From assembly GCA_965247115.1 (NCBI GenBank), contig CBDFGR010000003.1, positions 2,579,178 to 2,643,177 of the forward strand: a stretch of DNA of 64,000 bases. The letters are read 5' to 3'. Positions 9,053 to 18,285 of this stretch are shown here, one piece after another. The position numbers and the translations under genes are program-made. Position 1 is the first letter of the stretch, and each line of letters starts with the position of its first letter. Under the pieces are notes generated by a model that saw only the letters and a list, made by a program, of their open reading frames with translations, had not been told where the DNA came from and ran no database searches. The DNA comes from Myxococcota bacterium. GTDB lineage: Bacteria > Myxococcota_A > UBA9160 > SZUA-336.

Positions 9053-11722
9053 CTAATCCGTCGCCTGACCGAGCCTGCCGCTCTGCATGCTTCGGGAGGC
9101 GACGTTCTCGATCACGATCTCGATGTCGCGGCCGAAGGCGGATTGGCGCTCTCGGACGGACTCTACGTCGACGGGCTGGCCGTTGTTGATGACCGTCACG
9201 TTGACACGCGATGTGCTCAGGCCGGAGCTCTCCAGCTGACCAAACTTCCGAGAGAGGGGAACGACGGCTTCGGGACCCTTCTCGCCGATGAGGGCCAGCG
9301 TCGGGCGCGTGACAAGGCCACCTTCGGCGAAGCCGAAGATCTTCTTGATCGCGCCGCCGATGCCCCCTCCACCGCTGGCCCCAGCAGTCGCACCAGCGCC
9401 CTGTCGGGCAACCCCAAACGCACCGAGTACAGAATTGACGACGCCCTTTGCCAGCCGCTGAGCCGCGATCCGCTGGATACCCCTGAGGACACTCCCTACG
9501 AAGTCGGCGAACGCGTTCTCCCCCTTCTTGACGCTCACGATCAAGTCGGCAAAGGAGTCTTCGAAGGTCCGTGCGACGCGCGTGCCAGCATCCCCGAGCT
9601 CCGTCACCTTGTCCGTCGTCTCTTCGGTCTTAGGAACGACCGACTCGATAGCGGCCGTTGCGTCCTCTGCCATCTTGTCCAATGAGAAGGCGGCAGCATC
9701 TGCGACGGGAATCAGGTCCACGATCGCGTCCTTCGCGCTCTTGATGGCGCCGACCAGGCCCTCCTGGATGCCCTTGGCTCCGCTCGAAACGAAGCCATCG
9801 ATCTGGTCGAACGCGCTCTCGGCCCGCCCGGCGATGTCGTCGAACGCTCCCTCGACGCGAGAGAGGTGCACCTCCGCAATCTCGACTCCCCCGCCGATCT
9901 TCTCCGCGATCGCAGCCTTGATCTCATCGAACTTCTCTGCAAAGCCAGGAACGAACCGCCCGGCGATATCGAGGACTCTCTCGAACAGATCACGGAAGAA
10001 GCCGAGGACGTTGTCGATCAGCTTCCTCACGGGCTCGACGACAATCGTGTTGAACCTGTCGACGAGCCATTCGCGCACCACGGCGACGGTTTCAAAGACG
10101 ACCTCCGCGACACTGCGGCCCCATCCGGCGAAGGCCAGCGCCCAGTCCTTGAGCGTGTCGACCACGTTCGAAGCGACTCTGGAGATCGTGTCGCCGAACT
10201 CCGCCCACAGAGCCATCGCCACGCCAATAGCAATCGTGACGGGGTTGAAGGCGACTACGATTACGGCCGCAGTCTTGGCGACGCCCAGGATGGCAGAGAC
10301 GACGGGGCCGAGGACCTCGACGACCCGCGCAGCGACCGCGCTGATCTCATCTTTGAACAGTAGCCAGGCAGCGGTCAGACCGGCGACGGCACCCACGGCA
10401 AGCCAAACCGGGGTACTGATAAGAACGATCTTGGCGGCGATGAAAGCAAACGCGGTTCCTGCGGCAGAAGCGGCAAAGGCGGCCGCTGTCCCGATGGCGG
10501 CGAGGCCCGTCGCCATCAGCCCGAGCACGATCAGGACCGGCGGAATCACGATCGCGAGGCCTGCCGTGATCAGGACGACGCTCTGCATCTTGGGGCTCAA
10601 CGATCGAAACTTCTCGGCGAGCTCCCCGGCAAGCTCCCCGAGTCGCTTCACTGCGGGGACCAGGATCGGAACCAGCACTTCGCCGAGGCGAATCGCCGCC
10701 ACCTTCACGTTTGCGAGCGCCTGGCCGAGCTGGAACTTTGCAGTCGCGGCGAAGACCTCGAACGCCCTGTTTACGTCCTCGACCCCCGCAGTCCTCAAGC
10801 TCTCGAAGATCTCCTTCACCTTCTCAGCCTGATCTCCGATCAGCGCGAAGGCGCCGGTAGCCGCCCGGACGTTTCCGAAGATGGCGTTCATCGCGTCCGC
10901 GTTGTCTCCGAATGTCTCCTTGAGGGTGGTAAGGACCGCGAGCAGCCCCTCGCTCTGAATCTGATCGCGCAAGTCCTGAACGCTCAGACCCATCTGGGCG
11001 AGTGCCTCCTGCGCGTCGGTCGCAGGTGCATCGAGCGTAGTCAGCAGGGCCTTGAGAGATGTCACGGACAGCTCGGCACTCAGGCCGATACGTGTCATCC
11101 CCGCGAGCGCGGCGCCGACCTCGTTAAACGTGATGCCGACCTTTGAGGCGATCGGAAGAACCTGGCCGAGTGCGCCTGCCAGAGAATCCGCCTCGAGCTT
11201 GCCCTCTCGGATAGTCGCTACCAGGATGCCGACAGCATCTCCCGCGTTGAGATTCTGCGAGCGGAACGCGTTCATTGCGGAGGTCGCCGCGTCTGCGACC
11301 TGGGCCGTATCACCGAGCCCAGCACCCGCCGCCTTGGCAGACACCGTGAGCGTCTCCATCGCCTCCGCACCACGCAGACCGGCCGACGTGATGAAGAACA
11401 TTGCCTCTGCGAGTTCCTGCGGTCCCTTTCCAACCGCGGGAGCGAGCTGGAGGATCTGTTCCCGCCACTCCTGCACCTGGTCCCCGGCGACTCCCACTAG
11501 CCCAATGATCGTTGACAGAGTCGCGTCGAAGTCGACGGCGAACTTCGTCGCGACGACCCCCGCGCCGATCAGCGGCGCGCTCACCGCGAGCGTCATCTTC
11601 CGGCCGATCGACTCCATGCGCCGACCGGCCTGCTCGATCTGCCGAGATGACGCGCGGAGACCCCGGGCAAACTGTCGCGTATCGAGCGAGAGGATCGCCT
11701 TCAGGACACCGACATCAGGCAT
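9053..11722 (-). CDS. Tail tape measure protein
   Basis: 889 aa, Ala/Gly-rich, tape-measure type N-terminal domain, downstream of chaperone genes; the ancestral stop may be at 9017. Confidence 0.92.
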   Translation of the reverse strand: MPDVGVLKAILSLDTRQFARGLRASSRQIEQAGRRMESIGRKMTLAVSAPLIGAGVVATKFAVDFDATLSTIIGLVGVAGDQVQEWREQILQLAPAVGKGPQELAEAMFFITSAGLRGAEAMETLTVSAKAAGAGLGDTAQVADAATSAMNAFRSQNLNAGDAVGILVATIREGKLEADSLAGALGQVLPIASKVGITFNEVGAALAGMTRIGLSAELSVTSLKALLTTLDAPATDAQEALAQMGLSVQDLRDQIQSEGLLAVLTTLKETFGDNADAMNAIFGNVRAATGAFALIGDQAEKVKEIFESLRTAGVEDVNRAFEVFAATAKFQLGQALANVKVAAIRLGEVLVPILVPAVKRLGELAGELAEKFRSLSPKMQSVVLITAGLAIVIPPVLIVLGLMATGLAAIGTAAAFAASAAGTAFAFIAAKIVLISTPVWLAVGAVAGLTAAWLLFKDEISAVAARVVEVLGPVVSAILGVAKTAAVIVVAFNPVTIAIGVAMALWAEFGDTISRVASNVVDTLKDWALAFAGWGRSVAEVVFETVAVVREWLVDRFNTIVVEPVRKLIDNVLGFFRDLFERVLDIAGRFVPGFAEKFDEIKAAIAEKIGGGVEIAEVHLSRVEGAFDDIAGRAESAFDQIDGFVSSGAKGIQEGLVGAIKSAKDAIVDLIPVADAAAFSLDKMAEDATAAIESVVPKTEETTDKVTELGDAGTRVARTFEDSFADLIVSVKKGENAFADFVGSVLRGIQRIAAQRLAKGVVNSVLGAFGVARQGAGATAGASGGGGIGGAIKKIFGFAEGGLVTRPTLALIGEKGPEAVVPLSRKFGQLESSGLSTSRVNVTVINNGQPVDVESVRERQSAFGRDIEIVIENVASRSMQSGRLGQATD

Positions 11723-12472
11723 CGCGGTCTTTCCTCCTCAAGCCGAACCCGGAGAAGGCGCGCATCAGCTTCTCTTTCATCCGTTCTGCCTCAAAGGGCC
11801 GGCTTCGCCGGGGCATGAAGTCATCGATCTCGAAGGCCGGCGACCCTTTCGCTCGGTGCGCGTTCGCATAGAGCGCCGCTTGGAGTGCGCTCCGGGACCA
11901 CTCATCCCCGAAGGGCTCGAGGTCCCACATGGCCTGCCACTCCGTGAACTCAGACGCCGACACCCGTCGCCGGAGTTCGGCGACGGTCATCCCGAGGGCT
12001 AGGGCGAGCCGGAACTCGAATCGGGCGTCTCGGTAGAAGCGGAGCCTTTTCCCGCCTCGAGCTCTGCCTCCTTCGTCATGCCGGAGAGCTGTCGGACGAC
12101 ATTCGCGATCTTCTGGATCGCGTGCCCGCTCTTCTCTCCGAGCCGCGCGACCGCCTCTTCGGAGACCTCGCCAGTCGCCGCGTCCGAGAAGAGTGGGCGG
12201 CCGTCAGCGTCAATGGCCGCCATCGCGACGATGCGCGCGTCCTGGTCCAGCGGTACGCGCACGCGGACAGTCTGGCCCTCGACCTCCTGATCCATCGAGA
12301 TCCCGTCGCCCTCTTTCATCATCTCGGCCTGGATCTGCGATCGTTCGTACTGCGAGAGCTCGCGGACGAGCACGACGAGACCGTCCCACTCGTCGACCTT
12401 GACCTCCTCGCGCTTCAAGTCCTGGATGCCAAGGATTTGGTCGGCATCTGCATAGGTTCCATTCGGCTGCAT
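11715..12472 (-). CDS. Tail assembly chaperones G (11999..12472) and GT via programmed -1 frameshift
   Basis: G GGA AAA slippery heptamer at 12047..12053; the -1 frame reads RLRFYRDARFEFRLALALGMTVAEL into ORF 11715..11990. Confidence 0.85.
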
Positions 12473-12481
12473 GTCCGCTCC

Positions 12482-12913
12482 TTACGGTGTGAACGTCACG
12501 TCGCTGATCACCTTCAGCGTGACCGCCGTACGCATTGCGCTCGCGGGATCCCCAGACGGGTTGAAGCTCGTGAGAATCGCAGCGAAGTCGAACTGGAACG
12601 CCCCGGCGTCGGGCAAGACGATCTTCCAGTTCTTCTTCCCCGCCTTCCAAGCAGAGATCAGCCCGGTGGACGAATCGTGAGTGGGATCGGCGGGCAGGAG
12701 GTTTACTTCAAACGTCAGTTCGCCTCCGTCGCTCGCGCCCTCGATGTAGTCCTTGAGCCCGGCCGAATCCATGTGCGTGACCTCGATCGTGTCGGTCGTC
12801 AGATTTGGCCCGCCCCAGGTCACGACTTCCGCGACCTTGTTGAAAACCTCAGGCGTCGCGCCGTCTCCGAGCTTGACCTGAACTCCGACGCCACGGATCG
12901 CTGCTGTAGTCAT
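12482..12913 (-). CDS. Major tail tube protein
   Basis: GPNLTTDTIEVTHMDS...DGGELTFEVN motif. Confidence 0.88.
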   Translation of the reverse strand: MTTAAIRGVGVQVKLGDGATPEVFNKVAEVVTWGGPNLTTDTIEVTHMDSAGLKDYIEGASDGGELTFEVNLLPADPTHDSSTGLISAWKAGKKNWKIVLPDAGAFQFDFAAILTSFNPSGDPASAMRTAVTLKVISDVTFTP

Positions 12914-12926
12914 AGTTCACTCCCTC

Positions 12927-13277
12927 TTACGGGTTTGTCTGAAGATCAATGACGGCAAGCTTGAGCAGCACGTTGCTGACCGTGAGGGAAATCTTCCCCG
13001 TCCCAGCGGCCGCCCAGCCCGTGCGCTTGAACCTGAACATGGCAATCGCTCCCGCGGGGACGCTCCGGGCAGTGATGTCTTTCGTCCTGCTGAAGGTCGG
13101 GTCGGCGACACTGGTCACGGTAATCGTGCGCGCAGCTACATCATCGTTCTTGACTAGGAGCAGGTCGTTGTCCCCCGCAACCCAGTCATCACCACCGAGG
13201 TCGCCTGCGGTTAAGGTGATGTCGGACCCCGCCACATCGAAGTGGGCGGGGAGAGACTGTTTTGTCAATGTCGGCAT
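12927..13277 (-). CDS. Small beta-rich virion protein, similar to 8280..8645
   Basis: ORF with RBS between tail terminator and tail tube genes. Confidence 0.6.
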   Translation of the reverse strand: MPTLTKQSLPAHFDVAGSDITLTAGDLGGDDWVAGDNDLLLVKNDDVAARTITVTSVADPTFSRTKDITARSVPAGAIAMFRFKRTGWAAAGTGKISLTVSNVLLKLAVIDLQTNP

Positions 13278-13288
13278 GGGACGATCTC

Positions 13289-13744
13289 CTACGGCTGGCC
13301 AGCCACGCCCGCGATCGACGGGTCATTCGAGACGGTCTGGTATTCGAAGACGTATCGGAGCTGGGCACCGTAGATTCGATTGCGCGCGCCTTGCGTGGCA
13401 TCGAAGACCGTCCGCTCCAAGGACTGGTAGGTCGCAGGGCCGACTAGCCCATTGGCTATCGCCTTCTCGATCTCGAAGCGCATGAGATCGACGTTCTCAC
13501 GGCTGTCGTCGATCGCTGTGATGAGCACGGTGAGATTGCGGGTCTCTCTGCGGGCAAGGATCGAGCCGTCCAGGTTCCGGACTTCAACGGGTTCGTCTTC
13601 GGGCTCCACGGAGATGGCAGGGAGTTCGTTGGAGCTGATTGCAACTGCCGTATCCTCGAAGGGATCCTGCGCCAGTACGACGGTCTCCAACGCTTTGACT
13701 CGAACGATTACCTCAAGGAGGATCGCTCTCCCCGCGTGAGTCAA
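13289..13744 (-). CDS. Tail terminator protein (lambda U-like)
   Basis: ELPAISV...LRYVFEYQT..NDP pattern and synteny. Confidence 0.7.
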   Translation of the reverse strand: MTHAGRAILLEVIVRVKALETVVLAQDPFEDTAVAISSNELPAISVEPEDEPVEVRNLDGSILARRETRNLTVLITAIDDSRENVDLMRFEIEKAIANGLVGPATYQSLERTVFDATQGARNRIYGAQLRYVFEYQTVSNDPSIAGVAGQP

Positions 13745-14058
13745 GGCTTGAGCTCCAAGACCAGGACGACGACGCCTTTGTCGTTCGGACCTTCGATCTC
13801 AACGACCCGGTACGTCTTGGCCCGGATCAGGACCTCGGCATTGCGCACGGGTGGCGCGGCTAGGTCTGCGACGATGACATGCACCGCCGCTCGAAGCGTA
13901 TTGATGGGAACATCGCCCACATCCGCCAGTTCGTGCTCTTCGCGGAAGATGCCCGTGATCGACTCGGCGGACGCGCTCGGGGCTGTGTAGACCACGGGTT
14001 CGCCGAACTTCGCTTGGCCCGCTTTATTCAGCTTCTTGACGAGGTCGGACCATGCCAT
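13741..14058 (-). CDS. Head-tail joining protein (FII-like)
   Basis: FGEPVVYT...ITGIF...TYRVVEIE pattern and synteny. Confidence 0.7.
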   Translation of the reverse strand: MAWSDLVKKLNKAGQAKFGEPVVYTAPSASAESITGIFREEHELADVGDVPINTLRAAVHVIVADLAAPPVRNAEVLIRAKTYRVVEIEGPNDKGVVVLVLELKP

Positions 14059-14566
14059 GCTGGTGGCGCTCCGTCGCGTTGATTGCGATCGAGATCCGCT
14101 CTTCCCCGCCGAGGTATTCGGACAGCTCGTGGTTCAGGTCGCCGGGGAAGAACACGCACAGTCCATCCTCGGTCTCGACCTCATGTTCTATGTCAGGAAA
14201 CGAGAGCGGAGAGTCATCCCCTGCCTTCACGTAGTGGACGGCGACCCAGTCAGCCTGATGGTGGTCGTGAAGTGCAACAGTCCCGCCCGGTGGAAGCACA
14301 TTGAACCAGAGCTCGAACTCCCATACCCGCGACTGCGGGACGATCTCCAGGAGGCAATCGGATACGAAGTCGACCAGTTCCGTCACAGCCTTCGAGTCCC
14401 ATTCCTCTGGCGACTTCTTCCGGGAGTTCCAGCCCGCCGACTGAGTACCGAGCCTCGATGCGGGCGAGGCCTCCCGCTCTCGCGCTGCGACTTGGAGGAG
14501 CTCGGCGCGCTGGGCGCCTGCCTCTTCCCAGAGATCGGGTGTGACGTCGATAGTCGTCTCTCTCAC
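14024..14566 (-). CDS. Putative 2OG-Fe(II) oxygenase
   Basis: WFNVLPPGG..HDH...AVHYV...GLCVFFPGDLNH motif set. Confidence 0.75.
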   Translation of the reverse strand: MRETTIDVTPDLWEEAGAQRAELLQVAAREREASPASRLGTQSAGWNSRKKSPEEWDSKAVTELVDFVSDCLLEIVPQSRVWEFELWFNVLPPGGTVALHDHHQADWVAVHYVKAGDDSPLSFPDIEHEVETEDGLCVFFPGDLNHELSEYLGGEERISIAINATERHQHGMVRPRQEAE

Positions 14567-15207
14567 TTTCCTAACCTCAACTTCTCGAACTCGCGGCGGA
14601 CCTTCGCAGGGAAGACCTCGCGGGCCTTGCGGAACGCGACCTCGAAGAACTTGAAGGTCGAGGACACCTTGGCGCGACGCGTGAGCGCGAAAAGCACGCG
14701 CACCTTCTGCCGCCTACGCCGGCCCTGGCGCTGCAGGATTGCCTTTCTGCTCTGGCTGACGAATCCCCTACCACCCGGCTTCACGACCTCAGAAGGCCTC
14801 TGCCGCTTGGGGACCTTGCCACGAACGCCGCGCTTCGCCTCGACTGGGATCGCAAGCTGATCCCCGAACGACAGCCGCTCTCCTTCGGCCGCGCCGAACA
14901 CCTCTCCGCTGAAGTGATCCTCGAGGATCTTGCCCGTCTTCTCCCGCGGGAAGATCTCGACTTGCTGCCGGGTCGGCGTCGCCTTCTTGAAACGGAAGCC
15001 ACGGTCTGCGAGGAACTTCTTCGTGCTCGGGCCGGCGAAGTTGAAGATCCGCCCTACATGCTCCCGCTCGGCCTCGAGAACCTCAAATGCCGTACGATTG
15101 AGCGCTCCCGCCGAGACTTTCGGGACTCCTGTTCGACGAAGGTCCCTCAGGGCTCGCTGGACTTCTCGGTCGTCGAAGAAGACCGCGCTGGGATGAGCTG
15201 TTGCCAT
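14563..15207 (-). CDS. Basic neck/minor tail protein (lambda Z-like)
   Basis: Arg/Lys-rich, ALNRTAF motif, follows capsid gene. Confidence 0.6.
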   Translation of the reverse strand: MATAHPSAVFFDDREVQRALRDLRRTGVPKVSAGALNRTAFEVLEAEREHVGRIFNFAGPSTKKFLADRGFRFKKATPTRQQVEIFPREKTGKILEDHFSGEVFGAAEGERLSFGDQLAIPVEAKRGVRGKVPKRQRPSEVVKPGGRGFVSQSRKAILQRQGRRRRQKVRVLFALTRRAKVSSTFKFFEVAFRKAREVFPAKVRREFEKLRLGK

Positions 15208-15227
15208 CCTCGATCCTCCCGACAGCC

Positions 15228-15247
15228 CGGGGCGGCGAACCGCCCCG
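15228..15247 (-). terminator. GC-rich hairpin with UUCG loop after the capsid gene (terminator or mRNA stabiliser)
   Basis: CGGGGCGG-TTCG-CCGCCCCG on the minus strand; no U-tract. Confidence 0.55.
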
Positions 15248-15258
15248 AACTTCGCCGA

Positions 15259-16311
15259 TCAGGTACGTCGAGCGGGAACCAGGATGCGCGGCCGCGTGCA
15301 GATGCAGATCGGATGGGATTGCACCCGATACGTGCGCCGCGAATCGTTGTCCTGGTTCTCCGGGTTCGGCCGAACGTAGCGCGGCAGCCCCAGCGTGTTG
15401 ACGGTGTCCCAGTACTCAGCGGGCGCGTAGGCAGTGACGAACGCCTCAGGCACCCCGAGCGGCAGGAGGTGCGCCTTGTTGTTGGCGACGTACTGCGTCC
15501 CCCCAACGGAGCCGCGATACTCCTCCCAGGTGATCCCGCCGAACTGCAGCTGCATCAGCGGCTGGCCGTTCGTCGCAGTTCCCACGCCTCGCTCGCGAAG
15601 ACTTAGTGCGGCCGGGAAGTTCTTGACTGTTTCGCGCACCTCGGGATGGGCGATCAGGTCGTCGAAGAACTGAGAGCTACACATCCCATGGATGCTCGTG
15701 TACGGGAGACCCCCGAGCTCGTCACGGATCTTCCGCTCCTGGGCCGCACACAGCTTCCGCAGCGCTCCACTTGCTGGTGTGGCGTTGTCCAGGTCGAAGT
15801 CCACTTCGGTCTGCGCGACCACGTTGAACGCCTCGAACAGGTCGAGGATCGTGCTCCCATCGGCATCGAGAACCGTACCCTTGATGGCGCCGATGCGGAG
15901 ATGCTCGATCGTCGCCTCCACCGAGTTCGACATCCGCAGCGTTCGCCGGTTCACCTCCGATTCCAACGAGGAGAGGCCGTCCTCGGATCCGAACTCGCGG
16001 ACATCCTGCACCTCGTCGGCGTTGACCGTGTCCTCCATTGCGATCCGGACGGTCTTGATGTCGGTGAGCGTACGTGGATCCCGGATGTTCTGGATCCCGG
16101 GCCCTCCGCGAGGCGTCGACTGGACGATGATGAGGGTGTTCCCCCGCTGCTCGACAGAGAGGGTGATCGTGGAGATCGGGCGCGAATCGAAGAGCACCAA
16201 CTCCCCCAGCCGCATCGGAATATGCGGCTGGTCCAGAAGTCGCGCAGTGAGGCTGCGCATCGTGAATGCACGGCTTGCCGCCGAGGCTGCAAAGACATCC
16301 GCTCCAGGCAT
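15259..16311 (-). CDS. Major capsid protein (lambda E family)
   Basis: TIEHLRIGAIKG.VLDADG, FGGITWEEYRG and QSHPICICTRP motifs. Confidence 0.92.
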   Translation of the reverse strand: MPGADVFAASAASRAFTMRSLTARLLDQPHIPMRLGELVLFDSRPISTITLSVEQRGNTLIIVQSTPRGGPGIQNIRDPRTLTDIKTVRIAMEDTVNADEVQDVREFGSEDGLSSLESEVNRRTLRMSNSVEATIEHLRIGAIKGTVLDADGSTILDLFEAFNVVAQTEVDFDLDNATPASGALRKLCAAQERKIRDELGGLPYTSIHGMCSSQFFDDLIAHPEVRETVKNFPAALSLRERGVGTATNGQPLMQLQFGGITWEEYRGSVGGTQYVANNKAHLLPLGVPEAFVTAYAPAEYWDTVNTLGLPRYVRPNPENQDNDSRRTYRVQSHPICICTRPRILVPARRT

Positions 16312-16334
16312 CGTTTGCTCCTTTCTCCGCTACT

Positions 16335-16994
16335 TCAGCGGACGATGATGCCCAGCTTCTGGAGCTGGGCCTCCGCCTCGACTTGCTCGGCGGCGGTGAT
16401 GTCGGATGGCCACACGAGCTCCGACTGGTTGAGCTCACAGTCCCGGACGAAGACTACGCCCTGGATGTCCACGGCATCCGGCGCGACCTGATCGTCGCGC
16501 ATGATCCCATCGACGAACTGCTTGACCGTGGTGAGATCCTGGTCGAACCCGACCCACTTCGTGGCGCCCTCCGTGACGGTGATCGTGAAGGCGTCGCCGG
16601 CTGCGAAGTCCGTTGCCCCGTCCGCGAGCGTGAAGCTCAGATGAAGGCTCGAGAACGCCGCAGCCACGGTGACGACTCCGATCACCATCCCATCGGGATC
16701 GGTGAGCAGGAACGCGCCGGCGTTCTCCGCCGGTTCGATGCAGACGAGGTCATACACACCGATCTTCGCCCGCGCACCGACCGTGATCTCGCCCATCGCT
16801 CCGTCGCCAGTGTTCCCGGCTACCGCGACGGCGACTCCCGTGCCGGCGAAGACCTTGGACATCGCCTGGCCTGCGACGAGAGAGCGATCGGCCCCGGAGC
16901 CGCCCTGGATCGTCACCTGATCCCTGGAGCGGTTGCCCGGCGCCTCGGAGACGACGAATGCAACCGCGTGCTGGAGTTCGGTTTGCCGTGCCAC
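16335..16994 (-). CDS. Head decoration protein (lambda D-like with insertion)
   Basis: FVVSEAPGNRSRD...LVWP...LQKLGIIVR. Confidence 0.8.
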   Translation of the reverse strand: MARQTELQHAVAFVVSEAPGNRSRDQVTIQGGSGADRSLVAGQAMSKVFAGTGVAVAVAGNTGDGAMGEITVGARAKIGVYDLVCIEPAENAGAFLLTDPDGMVIGVVTVAAAFSSLHLSFTLADGATDFAAGDAFTITVTEGATKWVGFDQDLTTVKQFVDGIMRDDQVAPDAVDIQGVVFVRDCELNQSELVWPSDITAAEQVEAEAQLQKLGIIVR

Positions 16995-16995
16995 G

Positions 16996-18285
16996 TCAGC
17001 CTCCCTTCACCACACCCGTACGGAACGACTGCGAGTCGTTCCATCGGGCGTAGATCCCCTGAGTGTTGATCTCGGCCTCGGGCTCGTCGTCTCGAGCTCG
17101 GTGATGCCCGTGGACCTCCGGCTCGGACTCGCCTCCGCGGTCTTCGAACAGCGTCTTCCCGACCTGCTCGGCCGTGAGTTCGGTATCGAGAAACTCACCG
17201 AACCTCTCCGGGTAGCCCGCGAGGTCGCAGGCCATCCGGATCGCGGATGCACGCTCTTTCGCGGAGGCCTCCGCCGCTGCGCGACCTTCCTTCCGCGCAT
17301 CTTCGATGCTGATCACCGTTGCCTGTTGCTCGCCTGCAGGGGCCGGCACCTGTGGGCCCCCTTCAGGCTGCTTCTGATCGGTCATTCTGCCGTCCCCTCT
17401 GACGGGCGTGAGCCCGCTGATGGTGAGCGCGGGTCGCTTGGAGACCATCTCCTTGAACTCCGCGAACACCTGATCAAATGTCGACTCGCCGTCGGCGAAT
17501 CCCACGTCGGCGCCGTTGGCACCGCCGAAGTACATTGCCACCTCGGTGTCGCGCACCGCCTTCGGGGCCATGTCGCGATTGCGTGCAACGGCCGCGACGA
17601 AGATCTCTCGAAGCCGATCGACCTCCGCCTGAACCGACGCGCGCGCATCGCTCGTGAGCGGCTTCGAGTCGCTCAGGTCCGCCTTGTGCGCGCCCGAGGA
17701 GATCTCCGTGATCGTCACTCCCAGCCGCTCGTCCATCTTGCTGAACTCGACGTGGACAGCGATCACACCGACACTTCCGACGCCCCCAGTCCGAGTGACA
17801 AGGATCCGCTCCGCCGAACTCGCGAGCGCGTAGGCTGCGGAGAAGGCATCGTCGTTCGCGATGGCCCAGATGGGTTTGATGCTGCGCGCCTCAAAGATCT
17901 CGTCGGCCAGGTCGAAGGTCCCAGCGACCTGCCCGCCTGGGCTGGCGACATCGAGCAGGATCCCCTTGACGTCGCCGCGCCCGATCGCCTGCTTGAGCTT
18001 CTCCTTCAGGCGGCTGAGCCTGAATCCGAAGAGCGCGCCCTGGATCGGTACGACCGCAATGCCCTCCCGGATCTCGAGCGACCCTGGCTCGCTCTCGAAG
18101 AGGAAGGAGAAGGCCTTGGGGTTGAATCCCGTGGCGCTGCGCAGCGTCGCAACGAGCGGCTCCGTCCGCGATCGCTCCATGAGCAGCGGCACGTTGCAGA
18201 GTCGGGAGGCGACTTCGGGCAGGTGGATCTCCGCAACCGACGCCTCGGCCCCGGTCGTGCCTTCACTCTGGATCGTCTCTTCCAT
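16996..18285 (-). CDS. S49 capsid maturation protease/scaffold (lambda C/Nu3-like)
   Basis: DVASPGG, SAAYALAS and GSVGV motifs; start placed at ATG 18285. Confidence 0.9.
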   Translation of the reverse strand: MEETIQSEGTTGAEASVAEIHLPEVASRLCNVPLLMERSRTEPLVATLRSATGFNPKAFSFLFESEPGSLEIREGIAVVPIQGALFGFRLSRLKEKLKQAIGRGDVKGILLDVASPGGQVAGTFDLADEIFEARSIKPIWAIANDDAFSAAYALASSAERILVTRTGGVGSVGVIAVHVEFSKMDERLGVTITEISSGAHKADLSDSKPLTSDARASVQAEVDRLREIFVAAVARNRDMAPKAVRDTEVAMYFGGANGADVGFADGESTFDQVFAEFKEMVSKRPALTISGLTPVRGDGRMTDQKQPEGGPQVPAPAGEQQATVISIEDARKEGRAAAEASAKERASAIRMACDLAGYPERFGEFLDTELTAEQVGKTLFEDRGGESEPEVHGHHRARDDEPEAEINTQGIYARWNDSQSFRTGVVKGG

